A DNA stretch of 64,000 nucleotides from an uncultured Planctomycetales bacterium (GCA_964427405.1 CAYRUB010000008.1:31428-95427), one strand, 5' to 3'; counted from the stretch's first letter, positions 10,276 through 20,471 are shown. The notes: generated from the sequence alone by a model not told the origin. Made by a program: numbers and translations.

Positions 10276-11402
10276 AAAAAATATTTATTGTTTGTGGCGA
10301 ACCTTCCGGAGACCTGCTCGCCGGATCTCTTGTCCAGGCAATAACTAAACTTGAACCGGCAATCAAATTCGCAGGAGTAGGCGGGGCATACCTAGAAAAA
10401 GCCGGCGCAGAGATCTTTTGTAATATTAAAGAGTTATCCGTAATGGGTTTTTTTGATGTCTTAAAGAAACTACCAAAATTCCTTAAGCTAAAACAATTAA
10501 TTCTTGAAAAAATAAATACGTATAAGCCCGACGCTATAATTTTCGTTGATTTCTCCGGCTTTAACCTGCGCCTGGCAAAGGCGATCAACAAACACATCCC
10601 AACCATTTACTATGTAAGCCCGCAGGTTTGGGCCTCAAGAGAAGGCAGGGTAAATTGCATAAGAGATTTTATCTCTGAAATGATTGTGCTTTTTAAGTTT
10701 GAAGAAGAGTTTTACAAACAACGCGGAATCAAAGCGCACTGCGTGGGCCATCCTTTAATAAACCTGGTACGCCCGACCTTAGGAAAACAGGAGCTGCTTG
10801 GCAATCTCCAGATTAACTCATCCCAAAAGGTTATTGCTCTTCTTCCCGGTTCTCGTAAACAGGAAATCAGAATGGTCCTGCCATTAATGCTTAAAACTGC
10901 CCAGCTTATCAACAAAGAAATCCCCAATACGCAATTTATCATCGCTAAAGCCCCTAACCTCGATGCACAGATATACCAAAAAGAATGCGGAAAATATACC
11001 CTGAATTTAAAGATTATCGAAGGTAAAACTTACGATTGCCTGAATATCGCCGACTTTTGCCTCGTATGCTCAGGCACGGCAACACTGGAAACAACAATCA
11101 TGCAAAAACCATTTGTGATTGTTTACAAAATGAATTTATTGAATTACTTGCTTTATCGTCCGCAAGTAAAGATTCCTTACATAGGAATGGTCAATATTGT
11201 GGCAGGAAGAAAAATAGTCCCGGAGTACATCCAGTTTAATGCCAAGCCTAAAATGATTGCCCGCGCAGCCCTGGGATTCCTGCAAAGACCTGAACAAACC
11301 AAGCAGATGCTTGAAGATTTGGCTTACGTAAAATCCAGCCTCGGTTCGCCAGGCGCAGCTGAACGCGCCGCCAAACTCATTCTAGACTTCCTCAAGAAAT
11401 AA
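10263..11402 (+). CDS. lpxB: Lipid-A-disaccharide synthase
   Basis: 379 aa; MAQIKKIFIVCGEPSGDLLAGSLV is the LpxB N-terminal signature, and the length fits. Confidence 0.85.
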   Translation: MAQIKKIFIVCGEPSGDLLAGSLVQAITKLEPAIKFAGVGGAYLEKAGAEIFCNIKELSVMGFFDVLKKLPKFLKLKQLILEKINTYKPDAIIFVDFSGFNLRLAKAINKHIPTIYYVSPQVWASREGRVNCIRDFISEMIVLFKFEEEFYKQRGIKAHCVGHPLINLVRPTLGKQELLGNLQINSSQKVIALLPGSRKQEIRMVLPLMLKTAQLINKEIPNTQFIIAKAPNLDAQIYQKECGKYTLNLKIIEGKTYDCLNIADFCLVCSGTATLETTIMQKPFVIVYKMNLLNYLLYRPQVKIPYIGMVNIVAGRKIVPEYIQFNAKPKMIARAALGFLQRPEQTKQMLEDLAYVKSSLGSPGAAERAAKLILDFLKK

Positions 11403-11419
11403 TCAATTAACCCGTCTGC

Positions 11420-11830
11420 CTTGGTTTTATTCTTCACAGGGACGCTTGTTACGGCCCAGCGTGCCGTAACTGCGCTCGGGTCGGCTGACGTCGCTCTCAC
11501 TAGTCTCTGCATAGCCGGTGAACCTTGCCCGCTCCTTGCCTCCACGCCCTGCTCAGAATCAAACCAAGCCATCCGCTAAAGTATATTCAGTAAAAATGAA
11601 CCTGGTAAGTTTCGAGTGAATGTCGATTTTAACCACCCGCTAAGATTTACGGCTTTTGCTAGAGGCACAATTAAAAGATTTTCGGCATCGCTATCGTAAA
11701 TATGTGTGCAAGGTTTTACGGCGAGTGCAGGCAACACCTGATGCGTAAGGCTCCTTGCGCTGCCTGAGCGAGCCGTAAACCGTAGCACACGGCGAAAATC
11801 TTTGTGCCGAAGCAAAAAACGGAAAGCTTA
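11420..11830. repeat. Composite intergenic element: GC-rich structured module (11420-11580) plus R1 repeat copy 3 (11641-11830)
   Basis: About 60% GC in a 40% GC genome. Perfect hairpin GTTACGGC-ccagcgt-GCCGTAAC. Closing helix gccttggtttt...aaaccaagcc. R1 ends taagatttacggcttttgct... / ...gccgaagcaaaaaacggaaagctta. No ORF with coding character. Confidence 0.6.
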
Positions 11831-11875
11831 GCGCACGCGAACAATCTGCCGAAGAGCAAAATATCGCTGTTAGAC

Positions 11876-12964
11876 TTAATATGATTTTGCTATTTTTATA
11901 CGTTCGTCAATCGGCGGGTGGTCAAAAAAGAAAAACTTGATTAGCGGGTGCGGATTTCTATCGGCGAGATTTTGGCTGGCAAGTTTATCCATTAAAGAAA
12001 TAAACGCTTCTTTGTTCTGGGTTGTTTTAAGCGCAAGAGCGTCTGCCTCCCTTTCAAACCTACGGCTCACATATGCCTCTATGGGCTGCATGATAATACC
12101 AAAAAGCAGGAAATAAAGAAAAACCAACGGCAGGCTGGCCAATTGCGTAAGAGAGCTTAATTTGAATACCCCCAGGAAAGAAGAATTAGTCCTAAAAATA
12201 AAATAGAACAACCCTAAAGTTAACAGGGAGTTTATAGCAATCAGTTTTAAAATATGCTTGAGCTGAAAGTGCGCGAATTCATGCGCCAGTATTGCCTCAA
12301 CCTCATCATGGCTATATTTATCTTTTAAAGTATCAGCTAAAATCACGCGCTTAGTTTTTCCCATCCCGGTAAAGGCCGCATTAGCCTTAAGCGTTTTTTT
12401 ACTGAAATCTATTTCAAAAACATCCAACAGCTTAATCTGCATTTTCTGGGCCAAGTTAAATATCCTCTGGCGTAAAACTTCATCTTCCAGTTTCTTATAT
12501 TTAAAAAATAACGGAATAATCAAGACCGGGGTTAACTTGGCTAAAACCACGCTAAATACTATCCAGAAAATTGAGACAACCAGCCACCATTGGTCAAACT
12601 TTATCAAAATCCAGTAGAAACCCAAAATCAATATTAATAAGATTATATACCCCAGTATCCCTGATTTTAGCTGATCCAAACACCAGGAGCCTATTTTCTG
12701 TTTAGACAAGTTAAACTTGTGCTCCAGAGTATAACCAGAGTAGAAATTAAGCGGGAGACTTAATAAATAATAAAAAACCAAAATAATCAGAAGAAAAACG
12801 GCAATTGATAAATATCCCGGCAGGTAAAAATTCTTAATGAGATTCTCTAGAGAAAGGCATAGCCCTGATCCTAAAAAAACCAGAAGCAGGGCTATGTTAT
12901 AAAACGTATCAGTAATGCTTAATACATACTTTTGGTGAGAGTAACTTTTGGCTAAATTAGCCAT
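11876..12964 (-). CDS. M48-family zinc metalloprotease (HtpX/Ste24-like), multi-TM
   Basis: HEFAHFQLKH HExxH motif with flanking TM helices; 362 aa. Confidence 0.7.
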   Translation of the reverse strand: MANLAKSYSHQKYVLSITDTFYNIALLLVFLGSGLCLSLENLIKNFYLPGYLSIAVFLLIILVFYYLLSLPLNFYSGYTLEHKFNLSKQKIGSWCLDQLKSGILGYIILLILILGFYWILIKFDQWWLVVSIFWIVFSVVLAKLTPVLIIPLFFKYKKLEDEVLRQRIFNLAQKMQIKLLDVFEIDFSKKTLKANAAFTGMGKTKRVILADTLKDKYSHDEVEAILAHEFAHFQLKHILKLIAINSLLTLGLFYFIFRTNSSFLGVFKLSSLTQLASLPLVFLYFLLFGIIMQPIEAYVSRRFEREADALALKTTQNKEAFISLMDKLASQNLADRNPHPLIKFFFFDHPPIDERIKIAKSY

Positions 12965-12966
12965 AT

Positions 12967-13218
12967 CTATTTCTTAGCTTCTTTTTTCACTAAAGGCGCG
13001 ACATTGATAAATGTACGCAGGCCACCGTGGCTGGTCTTCTTACGGGTAAAATAAACCTTGCCCGGATAAGCAGCGAATAAAGTGCCTAAACCACGGACCC
13101 CTACCCCTGCTTTATAGGCATCGCGACCGCGCACCAGTATCTCTCCGGTCTTAACCAGCTTTCCACCGCTTGATTTAACTGCTTTATCTTTCTTGGGAGT
13201 CGAAAAACCACCGATCAT
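12967..13218 (-). CDS. rpmA: 50S ribosomal protein L27
   Basis: …GEILVRGRDAYKAGVGVRGLGTLFAAYPGKVYF… matches the L27 core (IVRQRGTKxHAGxNVGxGxDHTLFAxxDGxVxF). AAGGAGG RBS 7 nt upstream. No rplU adjacent. Confidence 0.55.
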   Translation of the reverse strand: MIGGFSTPKKDKAVKSSGGKLVKTGEILVRGRDAYKAGVGVRGLGTLFAAYPGKVYFTRKKTSHGGLRTFINVAPLVKKEAKK

Positions 13219-13272
13219 TTTAATTTTCCTCCTTTAACGTTTTATTTAAGAAATAAGCTTACCACAAATCAA

Positions 13273-14667
13273 TTAATTAAGCAAGACCTCTTCATCTTTA
13301 TCCGGAATATGTACCTCTAATCCTTTTTGCACCAACAAATCCGAAAGGGTTTGCGATTGTTCAAGCTCTCCGTGCACCAGGAAAATACGCTTGAGCGGCA
13401 GGCATCCGGAAACAAAATCCAATAATTCCGTCTGGTCTGCATGCCCGGAAAAGGCGTTAATCACCACCACTTCGGCATTAAGCTCATACTCAACTCCGAA
13501 TATTTTCACAAAAGGGGTTTTCTCGACTATTCTTCTTCCCAGGGTATCCTGGGCCATATATCCGACAACTAAAATCATATTGCGCGAATCCTCAATATTA
13601 TTCTGCAAGTGATGCAGCATCCTCCCGGACTCGCACATACCGCTACCGGCAATAATAATCATCGGACGCTTATCGGTATTTAAAGCCTTGGACTCTCTTT
13701 GTTCGCGGATAAAACGCAAATTTAATAATTCAAAGGGATTATCACCTTTACTAAACGCTTGGCGAGTCTTTTCATTTAAAAAATCCAGATGAAAATTGAA
13801 AAGGTCAGTGATATTCGTAGCTAACGGGCTATCCACATAAATAGGCACCGGAGGTATAAGTTTGTCTTTAAGCAATTCACTTAAAAAGTAAATTACCTCT
13901 TGTGTACGTTCGAGAGTAAAAGAAGGAATAAGCACTTTCCCCCCTCTTTTAACTGCCCGGGAAATCGCCTCCCTTAACCTTGACTGCGCTTCATCAATCG
14001 GCCGGTGCAGCCTGCCGCCATAGGTAGACTCCATAATCAAATAATCCAAACCCTTGGGGATCACCGGATCACTTAATAAAGGCAGGTTCTTTCTTCCTAA
14101 ATCTACCGCATAACCTAAGCGCAAAAAACGCTGGCCATCTTTAATATCCAAGACAATAACCCCTGAACCCAGGATATGCCCGGCATCAAGAATAGTAGCA
14201 AAAACATCTTTAGCAATACAAAACTTTTGGTTATAAGAAATGGAGCGGAAAATTTTGGTGGCCCTGGATGCCTCCTTCGCCGTATACAAAGCTTTGCGTA
14301 AAGGCAAATTCATGCGCCGGTTAATTTTATTTACGTAACGCACATCTTCTTCCTGGATCTTTCCTGAATCCACCAACATAAGATCTGCCAAATCTTTGGT
14401 TGCCGAAGTAGTATAGATCTTGCAGCGCAACCCCTGCTTAATTAAATTGGGGATATTGCCGCAATGGTCGATGTGCGCATGCGATAAGACCATGGCATTG
14501 ATCGTGCGCGGGTTAAAATGGAAGGTGGTGTTGATTGCATAAAAGGCGTCACGGTGCCCCTGGAAGAGCCCTGCATCAAGAAGTATCTCCGTATTCCCAG
14601 CCGTAATCAAATGGCTTGAGCCGGTAACAGTCTTTGCGCCTCCAAGGAATTTTATTTTAACTGACAT
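13273..14667 (-). CDS. MBL-fold beta-CASP ribonuclease (RNase J/CPSF-like)
   Basis: HAHIDHCG (HxHxDH) motif, beta-CASP region and an RNA-metabolising MBL C-terminus; 464 aa. Confidence 0.65.
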   Translation of the reverse strand: MSVKIKFLGGAKTVTGSSHLITAGNTEILLDAGLFQGHRDAFYAINTTFHFNPRTINAMVLSHAHIDHCGNIPNLIKQGLRCKIYTTSATKDLADLMLVDSGKIQEEDVRYVNKINRRMNLPLRKALYTAKEASRATKIFRSISYNQKFCIAKDVFATILDAGHILGSGVIVLDIKDGQRFLRLGYAVDLGRKNLPLLSDPVIPKGLDYLIMESTYGGRLHRPIDEAQSRLREAISRAVKRGGKVLIPSFTLERTQEVIYFLSELLKDKLIPPVPIYVDSPLATNITDLFNFHLDFLNEKTRQAFSKGDNPFELLNLRFIREQRESKALNTDKRPMIIIAGSGMCESGRMLHHLQNNIEDSRNMILVVGYMAQDTLGRRIVEKTPFVKIFGVEYELNAEVVVINAFSGHADQTELLDFVSGCLPLKRIFLVHGELEQSQTLSDLLVQKGLEVHIPDKDEEVLLN

Positions 14668-14669
14668 AT

Positions 14670-16196
14670 TTAGGTTACAAAAAGGTTACGGGAAGAGAAT
14701 TTACCATCGGTAGTAAGATTTACTCCCAGCCGCTTTAATCCTACTTCATCCCCGGGAGTAGGGATATGCGTCATATGCACTTCACACCACTTAAGCTCGC
14801 CCAGCTTATTCATCGCCAACTCTGCGGTATGGTTTGTGGTCGCGCTTATCGCCAGAGCGATTAGGCATTCCTCTAAATCCAAACTCTCTGAATCCTGGCC
14901 TAAAATCCCTTCTTTTAGCTTGGCGATCTGGCTTATAATATGCGGGCTTAAAAGTAAAATCTCATCAGGAATATGCGCTAAAATTTTTACCGCGTTCAAA
15001 ATCAAACTCGAGGCGGCATGCATAAGTTTGGAATTTTTACCCGTGACAATCTGGCCATCGCTTAGCTCAATCGACGCCCCGCAGCATATACCCTCATTAC
15101 CCTGGCCTTTTTTCTCCGCTTCTTCCGCGGTTTTTCTGGCCACTTCAACAACTAAACGGTCGGTAACTTTTACCCCCAATTCTTCCATAAGCAAAATTAC
15201 CCTGTCTACGGTTTCTTTTTTCTCAATACCCAAGGCGTATTCGCTGTTATACCTGAAATACCTACGGATAAGCTCCTGCTTTGCCGCTTCCTGCACTGCT
15301 TTATCTTCAACAATCCCGAAGCCCGCGCGGTTGACGCCCATATCAGTAGGAGAATTATATGTAGGGAGGTTGTAATCTTTGGCGTATATCCTGCTTAAAA
15401 TAAGCTTAAGTATAGGGAAACTCTCTACGTCGCGGTTGTAGTTAATAGAAGTCTTGTTATATTTATTCAAATGGAACGGGTCAACCAGGTTAAAATCCTG
15501 GATATCAGCTGTGGCTGCTTCATAGGCAACATTCACCGGATGCTTAAGCGGCAAATTCCATATAGGGAAGGTTTCAAATTTTGCGTAGCCGGCGTTGATG
15601 CCGCGTTTATGCTCTTGAAATAACTGAGAAAGACAAGTGGCCAATTTTCCGCTATTCGGACCCGGGGCAGTGACCACAACAATAGGATTTTTAGTTTCAA
15701 TGTAATCGTTTTTACCAAAACCCTTATCACTGACAATAGCGTCAATATCCGCAGGATAGCCATCAATAGGATAATGCAGATAAACCTTTACCCCGCGATG
15801 CTCCAGTTTATTTTTGAATATAACTGCCGATGACTGATTGGCAAAACGCGTAATTACTACCGCCAGGATATCCAATCCCCACTTCCTTAAATCGTCGATT
15901 AATTTCAAGGTAGCTGCGTCATAAGTAATCCCGAAATCTCCACGCACCCTGCCCTTTTCAATATCGCCGGCGTATATGGAAAGCACAATATCAATCTTGT
16001 CTTTTAAGGATTGCAAGAGCCTTATTTTTACATTAGGATCGTAACCCGGCAGGACACGCGCAGCATGATAGTCATAACAAAGCTTGCCTCCAAACTCCAG
16101 GTAAAGCTTATTATCAAACTTTTTTACTCTCTCAAGAATAAAAGCGGTTTGTTCCTTAAGATATTTTTCGTTATCAAAACCTGTTTTTTTAATCAT
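14670..16196 (-). CDS. DUF1846/UPF0371-family protein
   Basis: 508 aa. The N-terminus KTGFDNEKYLKEQTAFILERV…LYLEFGGKL…HAARVLPG is recalled as the UPF0371 signature. Assignment from memory. Confidence 0.5.
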   Translation of the reverse strand: MIKKTGFDNEKYLKEQTAFILERVKKFDNKLYLEFGGKLCYDYHAARVLPGYDPNVKIRLLQSLKDKIDIVLSIYAGDIEKGRVRGDFGITYDAATLKLIDDLRKWGLDILAVVITRFANQSSAVIFKNKLEHRGVKVYLHYPIDGYPADIDAIVSDKGFGKNDYIETKNPIVVVTAPGPNSGKLATCLSQLFQEHKRGINAGYAKFETFPIWNLPLKHPVNVAYEAATADIQDFNLVDPFHLNKYNKTSINYNRDVESFPILKLILSRIYAKDYNLPTYNSPTDMGVNRAGFGIVEDKAVQEAAKQELIRRYFRYNSEYALGIEKKETVDRVILLMEELGVKVTDRLVVEVARKTAEEAEKKGQGNEGICCGASIELSDGQIVTGKNSKLMHAASSLILNAVKILAHIPDEILLLSPHIISQIAKLKEGILGQDSESLDLEECLIALAISATTNHTAELAMNKLGELKWCEVHMTHIPTPGDEVGLKRLGVNLTTDGKFSSRNLFVT

Positions 16197-16201
16197 CTTT
16201 T

Positions 16202-16247
16202 GCCTAATTATTAGGCATATTATAATACAAACTTATTCTTTTGTAAA
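16202..16247 (-). promoter_or_regulatory. Sigma70-like promoter (TTTACA-N17-TATAAT) with a perfect 15-nt palindrome GCCTAATTATTAGGC over the predicted +1, upstream of the DUF1846 gene
   Basis: Minus strand: TTTACA at 16247..16242, TATAAT at 16224..16219, palindrome at 16202-16216. The ATG is at 16196. Confidence 0.4.
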
Positions 16248-16262
16248 TAGATCCACCCACAA

Positions 16263-17924
16263 TTACTTATCATACGTAGAATAAAAATATGGGGTGTGCG
16301 CCATGAATTCCGCGGCGCAGGTATCAACCAGCTTGAAATCCGGAAGAATATTCATGGACTTTCTTAAAGCATAGACCTCAGCCTGGCTCATAGATAAAAG
16401 TTTGGCCAGCTGTATATCGCTAAAGCCATACTCTTTGGCCTTCTTAAGTAATTCTCCGGAAAGATTACCTTTATTTTTAAGCAGCTCTTTTTCACAATCA
16501 ACAATCTCTTTGATGTTATATAAAAACCAGCGGTCAATCTTGGTTAATTCATGGATCTTTTCAATATCCAGATTAGCGCGGAAGGCATCACCAATATAAA
16601 AAATCCTTTCCGCATTAGGCTGCCTTAATTTCTGATAAATCTTGTCTAAAAGGCCATTTTCAATTTTAATATCTTCTAAGTTATAGAAAATAATGCTTTC
16701 CAGTCCGGATTTCTTAATCTCCAGCGAACGCAAACCTTTCTGCAACGCCTCTTTAAAAGTACGGCCAATAGCCATGGCCTCGCCAACTGACTTCATGGAT
16801 ATTCCCAGGGTACTGTCAGCCAAAGCAAATTTCTCGAAAGTAAACCGCGGGATCTTTACTACGCAATAATCAATAGCCGGCTCAAAGCAAGCAGGAGTTG
16901 AGCGGGTAATATCATTAGATATTTCATCCAGGGTGTAGCCAACAGCAAGCTTAGCTGCAATTTTTGCAATAGGAAAACCTGTGGCTTTTGAGGATAGCGC
17001 TGAACTGCGCGAAACCCGCGGATTCATCTCGATAACCACCATTCTGCCGGTCTCCGGATGCACCGCAAACTGTATGTTTGAACCGCCGGTTTCAACGCCA
17101 ATCTCACGGATACAAGCAATAGCGGCATCACGCATCAACTGATATTGTTTATCGGTTAGTGTCTGGATAGGCGCCACGGTAATACTATCTCCGGTATGCA
17201 CGCCCATAGGGTCAAGATTTTCGATAGTACAAATGACCACTACATTATCTTTTAAATCCCGCATCACCTCCAGTTCAAATTCCTTCCAACCCAACACAGA
17301 TTCTTCAACCAGAATCTCGCTGATCATACTTGACTCAAGGCCGCGCTTAGCCAAAACCTTGAACTCTTCAATATTATAAGCGATTGACCCGCCCCCGCCC
17401 CCTAAAGTAAAACTGGGCCGGATGATCAAAGGAAAACCTACTTTTTCCGTCACAGCAACCGCTTCATCCAAATTATAAGCCCGGCCGCTTTTAGGCAAAT
17501 CCAGCCCGATCTTTTCCATCGCCGCTTTAAATAACTGGCGATCCTCGCCTTTTTTAATCGCTTTTATATTAGCTCCGATAGTTTCAACCTTATACTTTTT
17601 TAACACTCCTTTTTCCGCCAACTCTACGGTAGTATTCAAAGCAGTCTGGCCGCCAAGAGTAGGCAGGAGCGCATCCGGCCTTTCTTTGGCAATAATCTTC
17701 TCTACCGTCTCGGCGTTAATCGGCTCGATATAAGTCTGATCGGCAATTTCAGGATCAGTCATAATTGTCGCCGGGTTAGAATTCACCAGGACAATTTTAA
17801 ACCCCTCCTGTTTTAAGACCTTACATGCCTGGGTGCCGGAATAATCAAACTCGCAGGCTTGGCCGATAACAATGGGCCCGGAACCAATAATCAATATTTT
17901 TCTAATATCTTTTCTCTTAGGCAT
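16263..17924 (-). CDS. carB: Carbamoyl-phosphate synthase large subunit, N-terminal half only (split carB)
   Basis: 553 aa. [27 protein letters not shown]-grasp signature. Ends ...[25 protein letters not shown], exactly where the second synthetase half begins in full-length CarB. The next gene downstream is unrelated. Confidence 0.85.
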   Translation of the reverse strand: MPKRKDIRKILIIGSGPIVIGQACEFDYSGTQACKVLKQEGFKIVLVNSNPATIMTDPEIADQTYIEPINAETVEKIIAKERPDALLPTLGGQTALNTTVELAEKGVLKKYKVETIGANIKAIKKGEDRQLFKAAMEKIGLDLPKSGRAYNLDEAVAVTEKVGFPLIIRPSFTLGGGGGSIAYNIEEFKVLAKRGLESSMISEILVEESVLGWKEFELEVMRDLKDNVVVICTIENLDPMGVHTGDSITVAPIQTLTDKQYQLMRDAAIACIREIGVETGGSNIQFAVHPETGRMVVIEMNPRVSRSSALSSKATGFPIAKIAAKLAVGYTLDEISNDITRSTPACFEPAIDYCVVKIPRFTFEKFALADSTLGISMKSVGEAMAIGRTFKEALQKGLRSLEIKKSGLESIIFYNLEDIKIENGLLDKIYQKLRQPNAERIFYIGDAFRANLDIEKIHELTKIDRWFLYNIKEIVDCEKELLKNKGNLSGELLKKAKEYGFSDIQLAKLLSMSQAEVYALRKSMNILPDFKLVDTCAAEFMAHTPYFYSTYDK

Positions 17925-17927
17925 AGC

Positions 17928-19040
17928 TTAATACTTTCGCTTCTTTGACTTCTGCATTAATTTTGTAAACTCGGCAAATAAATATTCTGCGTCGTGCGGC
18001 CCTGGAGAAGCTTCAGGATGAAATTGCACGCAAAATAACGGCAGCTTCTTATGGCGAAACCCTTCTGAGGTACCGTCATTTAAATTTACATGAGTCAGTT
18101 CAATATCTTTCTTGTCCAGTGAATCTATGTCCACGCAAAAACCATGATTCTGGCTGGTTATAGAAACCTTCCCTGTCTTTAAATCCTTTACCGGATGATT
18201 TGCTCCGTGGTGGCCGAACTTAAGTTTATAAGTTTTGCCCCCTAAAGCAAGCCCGAGCATCTGATGCCCCAGGCAGATTCCAAAGATTGGCAGTTTACCG
18301 ATAAGTTTGGTTACTGTTTTAACCACATAATCTACGGCCGCCGGATCTCCTGGCCCGTTAGAAAGCAACAAGCCATCAGGCTTGATTGCAAGTATTTCCT
18401 CAGAAGTTGCCTGCGCGGGTAATACTGCTACATTACAATTATTGCGCGTCAATTCTCTCAATATATTGTATTTTACCCCGCAGTCTAAAACTACAACCTT
18501 ATATTTAGCATCTTTAGACCAGGCATAATTATATTTTTTGGAAATACTGACCTCTTTAACTAAATCTATGCCGATCAGCCCGCGGCAGTTTTGGGCCTTT
18601 TTGATTAGGCTGGCCTCGTCAGAATCCTGTGTAGAGAGAACCGCTTTCATCGCCCCTTTTTCCCTTATATGCAAAGTAAGCTTACGGGTATCAATACCCT
18701 CAATACCTAAAATATTGTTTTCTTTTAAATACTCACCTAAAGACTGTTCATTTTTCCAGTTACTGGCGATCTTACTATACTCTTTTACCACAAGACCTTC
18801 CAGAAAAGGACTGCGGCTCTCCGCATCCTCCTTATTAATTCCATAATTTCCCATCAGGGGATAAGTCATCACTATAATCTGCCCCTTATAAGAAGGATCA
18901 GTAATAATCTCCTGATATCCGGCCATGCTGGTATTAAAAACTACCTCGCCGGTCCGCTCACCGCTTACGCCAAATGAGCTGCCTTTAAACACCTTCCCGT
19001 CTTCTAAAACAAGAAAAGCTTGCATATTTATCATCCTCAC
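17928..19040 (-). CDS. carA: Carbamoyl-phosphate synthase small subunit (glutamine amidotransferase)
   Basis: 370 aa. CarA N-domain plus class-I GATase (ICLGHQ catalytic Cys; HGANHPV region). Confidence 0.9.
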   Translation of the reverse strand: MRMINMQAFLVLEDGKVFKGSSFGVSGERTGEVVFNTSMAGYQEIITDPSYKGQIIVMTYPLMGNYGINKEDAESRSPFLEGLVVKEYSKIASNWKNEQSLGEYLKENNILGIEGIDTRKLTLHIREKGAMKAVLSTQDSDEASLIKKAQNCRGLIGIDLVKEVSISKKYNYAWSKDAKYKVVVLDCGVKYNILRELTRNNCNVAVLPAQATSEEILAIKPDGLLLSNGPGDPAAVDYVVKTVTKLIGKLPIFGICLGHQMLGLALGGKTYKLKFGHHGANHPVKDLKTGKVSITSQNHGFCVDIDSLDKKDIELTHVNLNDGTSEGFRHKKLPLFCVQFHPEASPGPHDAEYLFAEFTKLMQKSKKRKY

Positions 19041-19044
19041 ATAA

Positions 19045-19121
19045 AAAGGCGTTTAGTGCCGATAGCTCGGCTGCTAAACGCCTTTGTTTACTTATTTTAA
19101 CACCATAAAACAAATTGTCAA
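19045..19121 (-). promoter_or_regulatory. carA promoter (TTGACA-N16-TAAAAT) followed at once by a perfect 12-bp stem-loop plus U-tract in the leader (attenuator/terminator-like)
   Basis: Minus strand: TTGACA at 19121..19116, TAAAAT at 19099..19094. Hairpin AAAGGCGTTTAG-(17 nt)-CTAAACGCCTTT at 19085..19045, then TTTTAT and GAGGATGA ATG. Confidence 0.45.
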
Positions 19122-19136
19122 TTTCTTTCTTTAAAA

Positions 19137-20471
19137 CTACTGGCCAAGAGCCAAATACTCCTTGCCTTCCTTCCAGGGATTAAGATAACGTTCAATACTC
19201 AAACTGTTATCTTGAACCAAATCAACCAGGCGTTTTTTGTCAACAGGCGAGACTATCTCTATTTTTGGCCGGCGGATATCAGATTCATTCTCATCCCTGA
19301 CTAACGCGATACTGCCGTCATTTAACGCCACTACCGAGCCAATTGGCCAAAAACCCATAAATCTAAAGAATTTGTCCAGTAACTCCGGATCAAAGGCGCT
19401 TCCCCTGTCTTTGTTCATAATATTATAAACTACATCGGGGGAATAATCCTGCTTGTAGCCTCTCCTTTGCGAAAGGGCATCATAAACATCACAGATAGCG
19501 ACAATCGAAGAAACTATATGCTGTTTTCTCAATAAAGGCAGGCGGGGATATCCGGATGAGTCATATTTTAAATGGTGTTCGAAACTAACTACCACCGGCA
19601 GAATCCCCAGGCTATCGACATATTCAAACATAAACTCAGCGCCCAAAACCGTATGGCTCTTAATACGGTTAAACTCCTGCTCGCTAAGCTTATCCGGCTT
19701 ATGTAATGTCTTACGTGAAATATACAACTTGCCGATGTCATGGAAAAGGGCGGCCACGCCGATATCCAATATATCATTCTTTTCAAACCCCAGGCGCGAG
19801 GAAAAATACATGGCAAAAATGGAAACATTAAGCATGTGCACATAAATCTCAGCATCATATCTTTTTACCGTTGCTAATTTTAGCAACTCTTGACGCTGCG
19901 TGCCCAAACTATCGATAATGCTATTTAAGGAAAATTTAAGCCCTAGCGGATCAATCTTTTCAGAATTAAGCACGCTAGATAAAACCTGGCTAACCCTATC
20001 CACAGAAGAATTATAAAGCTCAAGCTGATTATCCGCTAAAAGATCCTTGTCCTTGCTGTCACCAACTTTCAGCTTACCTATGCTTATGTTTTTGACTCCA
20101 ATATGAGCCAACAACATCTGGGGATCTGTTTTAAAATCTTCTTTCGGGCCGGCAAGAAGACCCACGAATTTACTCAGTTCTTCTTTGTTTAATCCACGAT
20201 AAAAAGCAAGCCTTTCAATATTTCTCTCTTTTAAATACAGGATCGCCGATCTTAAAAGCTTACCTAAGTCAAAAAGAATCTCTTTTTCAAAAGCCAGTTC
20301 ATCCCCCACGATACCGATGACCATCTCCTGACGCTGTGCTAAAACATCCTCAAAAGCCACATACGCCTTATCCAGGGATTTCTGAAACATAGGATGTATT
20401 ATGCCGTACATCTTGGCAGTCTGAAGACAAGTGAGCAATTCTTTAAAAGCTTTTTCAACTTTAGCGAGCAT
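19137..20471 (-). CDS. HD-GYP-domain phosphodiesterase with an uncharacterised ~240-aa N-terminal domain
   Basis: HD motif AALFHDIGKL, and HHLKYDSSGYP matching the HD-GYP signature (HHExxDGxGYP). The start overlaps the upstream ORF stop by 11 nt. Confidence 0.75.
   Translation of the reverse strand: MLAKVEKAFKELLTCLQTAKMYGIIHPMFQKSLDKAYVAFEDVLAQRQEMVIGIVGDELAFEKEILFDLGKLLRSAILYLKERNIERLAFYRGLNKEELSKFVGLLAGPKEDFKTDPQMLLAHIGVKNISIGKLKVGDSKDKDLLADNQLELYNSSVDRVSQVLSSVLNSEKIDPLGLKFSLNSIIDSLGTQRQELLKLATVKRYDAEIYVHMLNVSIFAMYFSSRLGFEKNDILDIGVAALFHDIGKLYISRKTLHKPDKLSEQEFNRIKSHTVLGAEFMFEYVDSLGILPVVVSFEHHLKYDSSGYPRLPLLRKQHIVSSIVAICDVYDALSQRRGYKQDYSPDVVYNIMNKDRGSAFDPELLDKFFRFMGFWPIGSVVALNDGSIALVRDENESDIRRPKIEIVSPVDKKRLVDLVQDNSLSIERYLNPWKEGKEYLALGQ

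Noticed and set aside
14836-15375. 179-aa and other long antisense ORFs inside genes (e.g. 14836..15375, 23926..24405, 37435..37785, 51779..52222)
   Set aside because: They lie fully inside well-supported opposite-strand genes and have Ser/Leu/Ile-rich low-complexity translations typical of antisense frames in an AT-rich genome.
16197-16262. Possibility that carB is full-length but frameshifted
   Set aside because: The ORF ends in a clean TAA, followed by a promoter and an unrelated gene. There is no room for the ~500-aa C-half. Accepted as a genuinely split gene (subject to assembly check).
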